From assembly GCF_001194135.2 (NCBI RefSeq), contig NC_068999.1, positions 49,823,651-49,859,248 on the forward strand: a stretch of 35,598 bases of DNA. The letters run 5' to 3'. The notes beneath the pieces were generated by a model. The model was given only the letters and a program-made list of their open reading frames with translations. It was not told the DNA's origin and searched no databases. Both the position numbers and the translations under genes were made by a program. Position 1 is the stretch's first letter, and every line of letters begins with the position of its first letter. This DNA is from Octopus bimaculoides. Taxonomy: Eukaryota. This document shows positions 22,012 to 33,321 of this stretch, piece by piece.

Positions 22012-22836
22012 CGTGTGTGCGTGAGTTTGTGCACACACATAAACGCACTGCATGAAAGATTATAAGTGGATATTGCTTTCCCTGTACTCATAATACACCA
22101 ATGTTTGCTGTGCTGACAGAGTTTTATGAAGACCTATTAGTATTTAAACGATAGCTCTGTAAATATAGCTAAAACAATTAAGTAGCTTACGTCTGTATAT
22201 ATATTGAAGTCTTGATACATTCAGATACTTATCTATTGAATTATCTTGTCTGATATGGAATTTTTGCCTAAGCTTGAAGACAAGCCACGCAAGTCATACA
22301 TATATNNNNNNNNNNNNNNNNNNNNNNNNNNNNNNNNNNNNNNNNNNNNNNNNNNNNNNNNNNNNNNNNNNNNNNNNNNNNNNNNNNNNNNNNNNNNNNN
22401 NNNNNNNNNNNNNNNNNNNNNNNNNNNNNNNNNNNNNNNNNNNNNNNNNNNNNNNNNNNNNNNNNNNNNNNNNNNNNNNNNNNNNNNNNNNNNNNNNNNN
22501 NNNNNNNNNNNNNNNNNNNNNNNNNNNNNNNNNNNNNNNNNNNNNNNNNNNNNNNNNNNNNNNNNNNNNNNNNNNNNNNNNNNNNNNNNNNNNNNNNNNN
22601 NNNNNNNNNNNNNNNNNNNNNNNNNNNNNNNNNNNNNNNNNNNNNNNNNNNNNNNNNNNNNNNNNNNNNNNNNNNNNNNNNNNNNNNNNNNNNNNNNNNN
22701 NNNNNNNNNNNNNNNNNNNNNNNNNNNNNNNNNNNNNNNNNNNNNNNNNNNNNNNNNNNNNNNNNNNNNNNNNNNNNNNNNNNNNNNNNNNNNNNNNNNN
22801 NNNNNNNNNNNNNNNNNNNNNNNNNNNNNNNNNNNN

Positions 22837-22890
<54 letters not shown>

Positions 22891-23026
22891 GTGTATAATC
22901 CAGTTAACTAGGAATTCAGAATCTTCTTGAGATCTGTAGCAACGATTAGTGGTACATGGCAGAACCAAAGCTAGCATGGATAACAAACAACATATAATCT
23001 GTACGTATAGAGCTACAAGTGTTCCG

Positions 23027-23113
23027 ACAACAACAACAACAAACACAACAACAACTAAACTACTACTACTACTCTTACTATAACTACTACTACTACCTCT
23101 ACTACTACTACTA

Positions 23114-23201
<88 letters not shown>

Positions 23202-23232
23202 TGATGATAATAATAATAATGATAATAATAAC
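23027..23232. repeat. Graded (AAC)n-(TAC)n-(TAA)n-(TGA)n microsatellite
   Basis: Direct reading. Confidence 0.95.
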
Positions 23233-23706
23233 TCTAGGAATAGCGAAAACGGCCATAGACTCATCAAATTGAGTTCCCATTAAACCAAATCTGATTTAAC
23301 GTAAGCTGTTTAGACAGACCAGACATGGGATCTACCCAATTTCCTGGCGCAAGAATATTTAATATACAAAGAATAATGTGTGTATTTATGGAAATGTGCT
23401 TATGTGTGCGTGTGTGAATACGTGTGTGTATGCTATGTGTGTATGTATACACACACACATATATATATTATGTATGTATGTATACAGAGAAAGAGAAATA
23501 CAGAGAGAGAGTGAGAGAGAGAGCGATTTGTGCGTGTCTATGTGTGTATGTATTTTAACTATTACTTTAGATTATCCTTTGTATACAAATCTGATCTATT
23601 GTATTGGCACAGATTTCTTATTCCAGATATTAGACGAATAAAGTAGTAGTGTCTACGTGCGTGTGTGTGTGTTGTGTGTGTGTGTGTGTGTGGCAGCTGA
23701 ACTATC

Positions 23707-23825
23707 GCCGGACGATGGCATAGCTGGCCGAAACTTCGAAGTCGCTTTCAGTAATATACTTCAAGAATACTGAATTTTGTATTCTACAAAAGTATAGAGT
23801 AACCCTTCAGATTAATATAAAATTG
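23707..23825 (+). repeat. ACTTCGAAGT-family repeat copy 2 with hammerhead-like motif (23707-23745)
   Basis: GC-CGGACGA-T-GGC-ATAGCTG-GCC-GAAA-CTTCGAAG-TC-GC; downstream homologous to copy 1. Confidence 0.7.
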
Positions 23826-23859
23826 GTTTTATTGTTAACTTAACATAAAAATAAACATT

Positions 23860-23904
<45 letters not shown>

Positions 23905-23969
23905 GGTAAGGTCTTGAATTGCTGTTTAATTCGTTTGTGCGTGTGAGTGTGTTTATGTGTATGTTTTCC

Positions 23970-24360
23970 TTCATCAGCCCCACCCAAGGGCTGTACGGTA
24001 CTTTCATTTAAGAATGCGTTGGTGCAACCCAGAAGCACCTCGTCTCCCACATAACCCCTGCATTGTCCTTCCGAGTTATCTCAGACTCCAATCTACTATC
24101 TCTATTATTTGTATCAATTTTCTCGAGATTTCGTTTTTTATTAACTGCCCAAACGATATCTATATCTGTATTTTTCAAACTCGCCAACTCACACTCCTAT
24201 CTCAATTTCATCTCATCCATTCTCTATCTCTTCACCATCCTGTCTCCATTCCCACTCACGCTAAATCAGACATGTCTCACTCATTATTCCACACCCTCTT
24301 ACACGTTTTCGTATGTTTTACTTAGAAACAATGTCTTCAGCCAAACAAAATCACACTATT
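23970..24360 (+). mobile_element. Penelope-like element reverse transcriptase remnant (frameshifted)
   Basis: Across frames: LYG..FI*ECVGAT (degenerate YIDDC motif), PALSFRVISDSN, FLEISF, TISISVFFKLANSHSYLNFISS, NNVFSQTKSH. This resembles PLE RT motif 7/thumb (FHP.L.F..; FLD.....STSVFYKPTDSHSYLNF.SSHP). Motif recognition only. Confidence 0.65.
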
Positions 24361-24692
24361 GTAGTAGTTGTTTACTAGGAAGTAAAAAAAAATGTGACTC
24401 ACTTTCAAGAATACTTCTGCTTCTTTTCAAGTTGTTCATTTTAACTTTTCTACCCGTCTGGGGTGAAACAAATTGCAATTCAAGAGCTGAAACTTAATCT
24501 AAAGTGTTAAAGAAAGGTATCCCACAAAATGTAAAACTGCATGTGTTGAAGAAATTGGAAACTGCATGCGTTAGTTGGTAAGTCTTTAAACGTGGCCACA
24601 ACTACGACTCCAACACAAGGTCCAGTTCTTGTTACGGTGTGGTTCCTTGTGTGCCTCAATGTCCTGAGAGTTATGCCATCACAGAGCAAACT

Positions 24693-24783
24693 CCTCGTGG
24701 GGAATTTTGAACTCAGAACGTAGTGGCAGACGAAATACTGCTAAGCATTTCGCCCGGCGTGCTAACCACTCTGCCAGCTCGCC
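24693..24783 (-). mobile_element. SINE family A, 5' half
   Basis: Reverse complement GGCGAGCTGGCAGAGTGGTTAGCACGCCGGGCGAAATGCTTAGCAGTATTTCGTCTGCCACTACGTTCTGAGTTCAAAATTCC is nearly identical to 20429-20515. Confidence 0.9.
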
Positions 24784-25057
24784 GACTTATTCCTGTACAG
24801 TTTCTGTCGACGTAACTTCACTCCCAAGGAATGGCTCGATCCGGAGCGATAGAAAATTACGTGTGCCCATCATGCCACTATATGGGATCGAAACGGGAAG
24901 TGTATAATTTCAAAACGAATTTCACAATCATTCAACCATAGTGCGCCTACAAGGCACGTATGTACGTGATTAGAATTAATTAATTTTACATGTTTCATAC
25001 TTTTATGTAAACAGTAATTCTCATGCAATTAAATTGGTTTTTTAATTGTATCAAAAG

Positions 25058-25140
25058 TTTAGATCACATTGCGTGAACGAATCGAGAGTGATTAAATGCT
25101 CAAAAAATAGAGGAAGTGGACCAGTTTTTCTCTCTGTCTC
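25058..25140 (+). repeat. Unclassified dispersed repeat copy 1, followed by about 240-bp pyrimidine tract
   Basis: TTTAGATCACATTGCGTGA.GAATC.AGAGTGATTAA.TGCT also at 26370. Confidence 0.8.
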
Positions 25141-25409
25141 CTCTCTCTCTTTCTTTTTCTCTCCCTGCCTTTCCCTCCCTCCTTACTCTCTCTCCCTCTT
25201 TCTCTGCCTGTCTTCACTTTCTCTGTCCCTCTCTTTATCTCTCCCTCCCTCCCACTCTCCCCCTCTTCTCTCTCTCTTCCCCCTCTTCGCCTCTCTTTCT
25301 TCCTCCTCTGTCTCTGTCTTTCTCTAATCCTCTTTCCCCACCTTCGCCTCTCTCTCTCTCTATCTATCTAGCTAGCTAGTTATCTCACACCCCTCCCTCC
25401 GTATAGATA

Positions 25410-25457
<48 letters not shown>

Positions 25458-26328
25458 TATAAATACGTACGCACACTGACCCACACACACACTCACACAC
25501 AGACACACATAGACATATAATGTGATATCTCAATTAGCGCTCTCGATGCGTTTATACGGGACTGTTACTTCTAAGCATAAAGATACGTACTTCATAGATT
25601 ATCTTCAACAGATATACGATGATAGATGGTAATATTTCGCATCAACAGTTACTGCAACACGTATATATTGTGTGTCCGTGTAAAAATGTTTATACGGATG
25701 ATATATTAAGCTGCATATGAATACCGATGTATACGCCAATGTCTACGTGGCTGCTCTTTACAAAACAGGCCATAATTTGGTAACGGCTTGACTGAGACTA
25801 ACCATAAAACTCTTCAGATAAAACTCGATTCCGATGGAATTTTAACATTCTACACGACACAAAAAAACGTTGACATCTTTCCTTTCAACGTCAAAATTAT
25901 TTACTTATTTATTTATTTGCAGTTTAAGAATAACCAATTTCTTGGTTTGTATATTATTTACATTAGCTGTAAATTCTTGCATCTATACTACTGGGTATTG
26001 TTGAATGTCACCGGAATTTTTTATTTTATTTTTTATTATATTTCATTATATTTTATTTTTGCGGTAGATGACATTCTCTTCTGTTTCTTATCAGTTGTCT
26101 TCAAGCCTGTGTTGTTAGTTGTCTGTGAATGTATTCTTGAGAGTTTTCTCTTGGTAATTCCCACTCTTGGGGGATGGTGCTTTGCTTTTTAGTTGCATGA
26201 ATAATCAGAGTTCGGTGCTAGGTTACCAATTTGCTGAAAGAGGCAGTCACTTTGGGTTGTTGAGGAAGAAAACTGATGTGTTACTGTTGCTTACATGATT
26301 TATAATATATGTATATATATTTATGTTT

Positions 26329-26363
<35 letters not shown>

Positions 26364-26369
26364 AATATA

Positions 26370-26460
26370 TTTAGATCACATTGCGTGAGGGAATCAAGAG
26401 TGATTAAGTGCTAAAGAGGTGGAGGAGGTAGACACCAGGTTTTCTCACTGTCTCCTCCTC
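26370..26460 (+). repeat. Unclassified dispersed repeat copy 2
   Basis: Homologous to 25058-25140; also runs into a CT-rich tract. Confidence 0.8.
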
Positions 26461-27138
26461 TTCTCTCTCCTTCTCTTACTGTCTCCCCCTCTCTCTCCCC
26501 TTGTCTGTATAATTTCATTATATATGTATATATATTACTAGTTCCAACTCGGGAGCTGTGGCTCTGCTGGAGCACCATCAGTAGCTTTACTGCGCTGTTA
26601 TNNNNNNNNNNNNNNNNNNNNNNNNNNNNNNNNNNNNNNNNNNNNNNNNNNNNNNNNNNNNNNNNNNNNNNNNNNNNNNNNNNNNNNNNNNNNNNNNNNN
26701 NNNNNNNNNNNNNNNNNNNNNNNNNNNNNNNNNNNNNNNNNNNNNNNNNNNNNNNNNNNNNNNNNNNNNNNNNNNNNNNNNNNNNNNNNNNNNNNNNNNN
26801 NNNNNNNNNNNNNNNNNNNNNNNNNNNNNNNNNNNNNNNNNNNNNNNNNNNNNNNNNNNNNNNNNNNNNNNNNNNNNNNNNNNNNNNNNNNNNNNNNNNN
26901 NNNNNNNNNNNNNNNNNNNNNNNNNNNNNNNNNNNNNNNNNNNNNNNNNNNNNNNNNNNNNNNNNNNNNNNNNNNNNNNNNNNNNNNNNNNNNNNNNNNN
27001 NNNNNNNNNNNNNNNNNNNNNNNNNNNNNNNNNNNNNNNNNNNNNNNNNNNNNNNNNNNNNNNNNNNNNNNNNNNNNNNNNNNNNNNNNNNNNNNNNNNN
27101 NNNNNNNNNNNNNNNNNNNNNNNNNNNNNNNCGGTGAC

Positions 27139-27724
27139 TGTTGTGTGTGTTTTTATTTTTTTACCAGGATTCTTTTTTTTTTGTCCTATTTTTCTATTTC
27201 TCCTTTGTATTTTATTTATTTTCATTCTTCTCTACTTTCTTTCTCTTTGTTTGTCATAATACTTTCTTCTATTCTCGTCATGTAAAAATTTGCAATTATT
27301 TCTTCACATCAGTCACCGTAGTTAATTATTTTATCTTGTTCTCGTTGTAATTATTTTCTTTCTATCTTATACGCTTTNNNNNNNNNNCTATCTATCTATC
27401 TATCTATCTATCTCTGTATATATATACACACACATATATATTTCAAATTTACCCGTAATTACACTTACTTAATTGCTTCTATCAGTGTTGTGTGTGTTTT
27501 TATTTTTTTACCAGGATTCTTTTTTTTTTGTCCTATTTTTCTATTTCTCCTTTGTATTTTATTTATTTTCATTCTTCTCTACTTTCTTTCTCTTTGTTTG
27601 TCATAATACTTTCTTCTATTCTCGTCATGTAAAAATTTGCAATTATTTCTTCACATCAGTCACCGTAGTTAATTATTTTATCTTGTTCTCGTTGTAATTA
27701 TTTTCTTTCTATCTTATACGCTTT
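27139..27724 (+). repeat. Apparently identical 239-bp direct duplication (27139-27377 and 27486-27724) spanning a short gap; probable assembly overlap
   Basis: Offset 347; the first copy is bounded by N-gaps on both sides. Confidence 0.8.
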
Positions 27725-27768
27725 ACTTTATCGCCTCATTTCATTACTATCATTATCATTATTATCAC

Positions 27769-27808
<40 letters not shown>

Positions 27809-28404
27809 TTGTAATTGTATAAAACCACATTTGACCAGTATTGTCGTCATTGTTATTATTATTATTTTTTTAATCTTTGAAGAAAGATGCAATACCATAG
27901 TGCCATGGAATTCACAGACCTTCCCGGCCTAAAGGAATCGCATATGTTTGTTATTTATCTCGCAGTTGGTTGAGTTTAACGCCAGAAGTCAGAGAACGTG
28001 GGTGGGCTGATATTTCCAGACAGTTGACAATCTGGAAAGGAAATGAACGAGCTGGAGTTAACGGGGCAAGCTTTGGGATAAGACACAATTTTTGGATGAC
28101 AAGGAGTAAGAGAGGCGAGTATATCGGTGAATCTGGGTGGCGAGGATTGATAAATAGCATCGGCGTATTTTGGAGGAGTTGGAGTTGGTTGCAGTAACGA
28201 TAGAATAAGTGGGGTAAGCATATTCTGTGTGTTTGTAGAGCAAACGTTGTGTCGTCGGTAACATGGCTGTCGTTGCCTGTCAGCGTTGTCATCGTTAGCA
28301 CACGCTGTTCAGGGGAACATATTTACAGGAATTGCTGATATAGAATTGAAAAACAAAATATAAAAAAAAAATGAAAAGAAAAACAGATGCCATTAATAGG
28401 CTTG

Positions 28405-28438
<34 letters not shown>

Positions 28439-28472
28439 CAAATGATATATGAGCATATGCATGTATACATAC

Positions 28473-28964
28473 ATATATGTATATACCTACATCTACATGT
28501 ATGTATAGATGCATATCCGGGGGTACAGGACGTCAAAAATCGTGGACTTTTTTTGCGGACAACAGAATGAACACAGGAAAACAGACAAACCACTTATGGA
28601 ACTTTTCTTTCATAAGCTGCCTCTATTCTAAACTAGGCGTTTCGAAGATGAGGCAGAACGCGCTCTTAGAATAGCTCTTCCCGCGAAGTGGATTAACCTG
28701 CTAATCTGAGGATTCCAAAGTAGCAAACAAAAACCAAGACAGGAAAAATTATGATTTGCAAACCAAATCCCCAAACGAGATATATATGTACATACCTACA
28801 TCTACATGTATATATAGATGCATATCCGGGTACAGGACATCAAAAAAACGTGGACAAAAAAGGAACGGGAATATAAACAAAGCACAAAAAACGGACATAT
28901 TTTTACGGACAACAGAATGAACACATGAAAACAGACAAGTCACGTATGGAACTTTTGTTCCATA
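28473..28964 (+). repeat. Diverged direct repeat pair (28473-28614 and 28782-28964)
   Basis: CCTACATCTACATG...GATGCATATCCGGG...TACAGGAC.TCAAAAA.CGTGGAC...CGGACAACAGAATGAACAC..GAAAACAGACAA...TATGGAACTTTT in both; the second copy has an extra segment of about 40 nt. Confidence 0.85.
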
Positions 28965-29519
28965 CGTGAGTTCGTGTGTTGAAGTATATTCTGTTTTGTC
29001 TGGGGAGAGTCATTCTCTTTTAGTGCCTTATAATTTAACACACTCACCGGTAAAATGTCTACTTATTTATTTATTTATTTTTCTAAAATATATATACATA
29101 TATAAATATAATGAATATACATATTTATGTNNNNNNNNNNNNNNNNNNNNNNNNNNNNNNNNNNNNNNNNNNNNNNNNNNNNNNNNNNNNNNNNNNNNNN
29201 NNNNNNNNNNNNNNNNNNNNNNNNNNNNNNNNNNNNNNNNNNNNNNNNNNNNNNNNNNNNNNNNNNNNNNNNNNNNNNNNNNNNNNNNNNNNNNNNNNNN
29301 NNNNNNNNNNNNNNNNNNNNNNNNNNNNNNNNNNNNNNNNNNNNNNNNNNNNNNNNNNNNNNNNNNNNNNNNNNNNNNNNNNNNNNNNNNNNNNNNNNNN
29401 NNNNNNNNNNNNNNNNNNNNNNNNNNNNNNNNNNNNNNNNNNNNNNNNNNNNNNNNNNNNNNNNNNNNNNNNNNNNNNNNNNNNNNNNNNNNNNNNNNNN
29501 NNNNNNNNNNNNNNNNNNN

Positions 29520-29586
<67 letters not shown>

Positions 29587-29691
29587 CTAAATAATCAACA
29601 CAGCTTCGTTTTAAATAGAAGGGAGTAAATCATGTAGATTATATCTATAAAGCATAGTCTTACAGAGATTAACGCAGAGAGAAATAGAGAG

Positions 29692-29695
<4 letters not shown>

Positions 29696-29784
<89 letters not shown>
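29696..29784. repeat. (GA)n microsatellite
   Basis: Direct reading. Confidence 0.95.
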
Positions 29785-29786
<2 letters not shown>

Positions 29787-30149
29787 AACAGAGATAGAGA
29801 AAGAAAGGCAGGGGTGAAGCTGGTTGGTATGCAATAGCATCAAACAGATGGAACGATATGGGAAGAGAGTAACACGGAACAGAGTAAATAGACGATTAGG
29901 AATAAGTACAAGACATACGGATGTAGAAGAATCCAAAATAATGAAGAAAAGATTGATAAATTAGATTTTCATGTTAGATGGTTAAAAGGTAATTAGCTCA
30001 CCTGGAGTTTCGCATCGAATTAGATTTCCATATAGACTACATTTGTGAGTGCACAGTCGCCTGCATATTTTAACCAAGTACATTATAATCACACATTATA
30101 CGTGTGTGTGTGTATGTGTGTGTGTGCAGCTAGGTAGATATATAAATAA

Positions 30150-30222
<73 letters not shown>

Positions 30223-30261
30223 TAGATAGTTCTATTTATCGTGAGTCTTCTACCAAACCTC

Positions 30262-30325
30262 CCGACGATGAGTCACCAGGCCGAAACTTCGAAGTCACAG
30301 ACAGTAACATTCTTATATAAGAATT
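30262..30325 (+). repeat. ACTTCGAAGT-family repeat copy 3 (most degraded hammerhead-like motif)
   Basis: CCGACGA-T-GAGTCACCAGGCC-GAAA-CTTCGAAG-TC then CAGTAACATTCTTATATAAGAAT, similar to copy 1. Confidence 0.65.
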
Positions 30326-30782
30326 ATATATATATATATATANNNNNNNNNNNNNNNNNNNNNNNNNNNNNNNNNNNNNNNNNNNNNNNNNNNNNNNNNN
30401 NNNNNNNNNNNNNNNNNNNNNNNNNNNNNNNNNNNNNNNNNNNNNNNNNNNNNNNNNNNNNNNNNNNNNNNNNNNNNNNNNNNNNNNNNNNNNNNNNNNN
30501 NNNNNNNNNNNNNNNNNNNNNNNNNNNNNNNNNNNNNNNNNNNNNNNNNNNNNNNNNNNNNNNNNNNNNNNNNNNNNNNNNNNNNNNNNNNNNNNNNNNN
30601 NNNNNNNNNNNNNNNNNNNNNNNNNNNNNNNNNNNNNNNNNNNNNNNNNNNNNNNNNNNNNNNNNNNNNNNNNNNTTCTTCTTGTGTTTCTCAGTAGACA
30701 TAATCAAACTAATACTGATTTCTTAGACGGGCCATCGGCTACAAATGTTGTGAGATTCGCTCCGAAGATTAGATCAATGTCT

Positions 30783-30865
30783 GTACTTAACTGCTATTTG
30801 ATGTTATCAACAGCTGAAGAATGAAAGACAGAGTCTACCTCGGCGGCACTTCACCTCAGAATGTA
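30783..30865 (-). mobile_element. SINE family A, degraded fragment
   Basis: GAATGAAAGACAGAGTCTACCTCGGCGGCACTTCACCTCAGAATGTA resembles the reverse complement of 20490-20545. Confidence 0.6.
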
Positions 30866-31098
30866 ATAAATAGTTAATGGCCAAATTATTGTGAACTAAT
30901 GAGAATATAAAGTTGAATATTAAGCAACTAATGGCAGAGGTGAAGGAAATGAAAAGCAATAAAACGGAAATATATGTAGAGTGAGTGTGCGTAAGCTTTA
31001 TATGGACATAGTCATATCTATGTATGCGTGTATATTTATATATGTTTGTGTATGCATATGTGTGTGCGTGAGTAGATGGAGAGAGGATGAGAGAGAAA

Positions 31099-31310
31099 GG
31101 GTACCTGACCTAGTGGTTAGGGTGATGCACTCACGACCGCGAGGTCACGTGTTCGATTTCCTGACCCGGCTGTGTGCTGTGTTCTAGAGAAAAACCACAT
31201 CGTCTCACGTTGTTCGGAAATCTTTTCGACATATGCCGTGTGGCACAACGTGCCACTATACAAACAATGCCGATTTGGTGGAGGGAATGAAGTAATGTAC
31301 GATATAAGCA
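31099..31310 (+). mobile_element. tRNA-derived SINE, third type (single copy here)
   Basis: A-box-like TGACCTAGTGGTTAGG (31106-31121) and B-box GTTCGATTTC (31151-31160) at tRNA spacing, but no acceptor stem; continues into an unrelated body. Confidence 0.6.
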
Positions 31311-31675
31311 TTTAACTTCTGTATCTAAGGTTTCATTTTATCCTATTGCGACGATTTCATTTCCCTTATTTTATAAACGTTCTGAATAAGTTATGAAAGC
31401 CACTTGAGTCGCGATTCACTTCGGAATTATTTCAGGTTGTAAATTCTCTCTAAATATAAACTTAACTTTCAGCCGTCATCGGACGTTTCAAGGAGCAATA
31501 TTAATTGACTCCATTTATACGGCGATGTATGTATGTATGAATGTGTGAATATCTGTGTATAAGAATATGTGTGTGTATTTAGATGCTGGTGATTCAGTGA
31601 GAAACGGAAGGAACCATAATTAAAGTTAGATGATCAATACATCACTTAGATGGTATATTAATATATTAAATGATT

Positions 31676-31719
<44 letters not shown>

Positions 31720-32041
31720 NNNNNNNNNNNNNNNNNNNNNNNNNNNNNNNNNNNNNNNNNNNNNNNNNNNNNNNNNNNNNNNNNNNNNNNNNNNNNNNNN
31801 NNNNNNNNNNNNNNNNNNNNNNNNNNNNNNNNNNNNNNNNNNNNNNNNNNNNNNNNNNNNNNNNNNNNNNNNNNNNNNNNNNNNNNNNNNNNNNNNNNNN
31901 NNNNNNNNNNNNNNNNNNNNNNNNNNNNNNNNNNNNNNNNNNNNNNNNNNNNNNNNNNNNNNNNNNNNNNNNNNNNNNNNNNNNNNNNNNNNNNNNNNNN
32001 NNNNNNNNNNNNNNNNNNNNNNNNNNNNNNNNNNNNNNNNN

Positions 32042-32203
32042 TTTGTGTCTTTATGTTTGTCCCCTCACCATCGCTTGACAACCGATGTTGGTGTGTTTAC
32101 GTCTCCGTAAATTAGCGGTTCGGCGAAGAGACCGATAGAATAAGTGCTAGGCTTACAAAGAATAAGTTCCAGGTGGATTTGTTCGACTAAAAGCTGTGCT
32201 CCA
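32042..32203 (+). mobile_element. SINE family B, 3' half (5' part lost in gap)
   Basis: CATCGCTTGACAACCGATGTTGGTGTGTTTACGTC...GGTTCGGC...CCGATAGAATAAGTGCTAGGCTTACAAAG matches 21194-21274. Confidence 0.85.
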
Positions 32204-32570
32204 TATATCCATATATAAGCAATCTTATCGTATAAATGCCGTTTCATTCCTGTCAAAAAAGCCAAATTCACTATTATTTATTTTCGAAAGTGACATAAAT
32301 TTCGCCATTTCCCTACATCATGTGTAATGGTGTTCCACAGCAATTCAAGAAGTTACTAAAACGGAATACAACAGCTTCTGTTCTCTCATAGATAACTTCC
32401 ATGGTCGTTCCACTTTGTCGTATCTCTTCTGTATATATGACGTCGATAGTCGACGCCCAACGTTTATTTGGTCGCTTTCATACATTTGAAACCAATATGT
32501 CTCCATTAATAAACATTTTGGGTGGTCCATTGTTATTCAGTCACACATGCAGGGTGACAGACGGAGTAGG

Positions 32571-32577
32571 AGGGAGA

Positions 32578-32656
<79 letters not shown>
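32571..32656. repeat. (GA)n microsatellite
   Basis: Direct reading. Confidence 0.95.
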
Positions 32657-32660
<4 letters not shown>

Positions 32661-33321
32661 TGGGCAATCATAAAGAGGGGGCGCGGAGAGAAAGCTAGGA
32701 ACACGAAAGAGATAATAGATGAAGGGAGTAAGAGAGGAAAGACTGCTGTACAGAGTGTGAGAGAAAGAGAGCAAAGAAATGGAAATAGGCAGAGAAATGC
32801 ACATGAAAAGTATATGGACACAATCACACAAATATATATCCGTCTGTTTGCGATATATATATATATATATATTATTTCATTTTATTCTTTAAACTTGTTT
32901 TAGTCATGTGACTAAATATGTTAGCATTTTGTTATCTTGTTATAGGTGAAATGTATTGCCATTGGTTCAATTAATTTTGAAAATGATGGAGAATGTAGTC
33001 AAATAATTTTGTCGTTATTAAACTTATGTTAACAATGTAAATTAACTTGAAATTTTGAAGAAAGGTTTCAGTTCTTTTTTTTTTTACTTTAAAGCAAGAA
33101 GTTGCCGTTCTAGAATCAGGGCCCAATTTCGGACAGATTGGTGTCCAATATGAAAACAGGGATCAAAATATAAACAGCCAAAAGGACAAAATGTTGAACA
33201 CGCTTCTAACTAGAATTATGAAACAAAATATTGAAAACCAAAGAGAGGTATTGCCCATAAGAAGAAGTCGGGTCGAAATACACAGCGAAACCGATGGATA
33301 TGAAATAAGAGATTTACATAC

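Noticed and set aside
25575-25618. Minus-strand CTGTTGA...GAAG-TACGTA-TC motif
   Set aside because: Two core changes and weak stems; cannot be distinguished from chance.
26060-26300. Possible PLE GIY-YIG remnant (YSC.., ENVIYR on minus strand)
   Set aside because: Only two short motifs in different frames; insufficient without a search.
27139-27724. Identical 239-bp duplication as a biological segmental duplication
   Set aside because: No visible differences and the first copy lies between two gaps; most likely unmerged contig overlap. Long reads would settle it.
30002-30060. 59-nt minus-strand micro-exon (RLCTHKCSLYGNLIRCETP) with CAG/GTGAGC donor
   Set aside because: Poor polypyrimidine tract, no recognisable protein and no partner exons; needs RNA-seq.
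20429-31170. tRNA genes
   Set aside because: A/B-box-like heads lack acceptor stems and continue into multi-copy SINE bodies.
32345-32530. Possible Tc1/mariner C-terminal remnant
   Set aside because: Resemblance too vague; no TIR or DDE motif seen.
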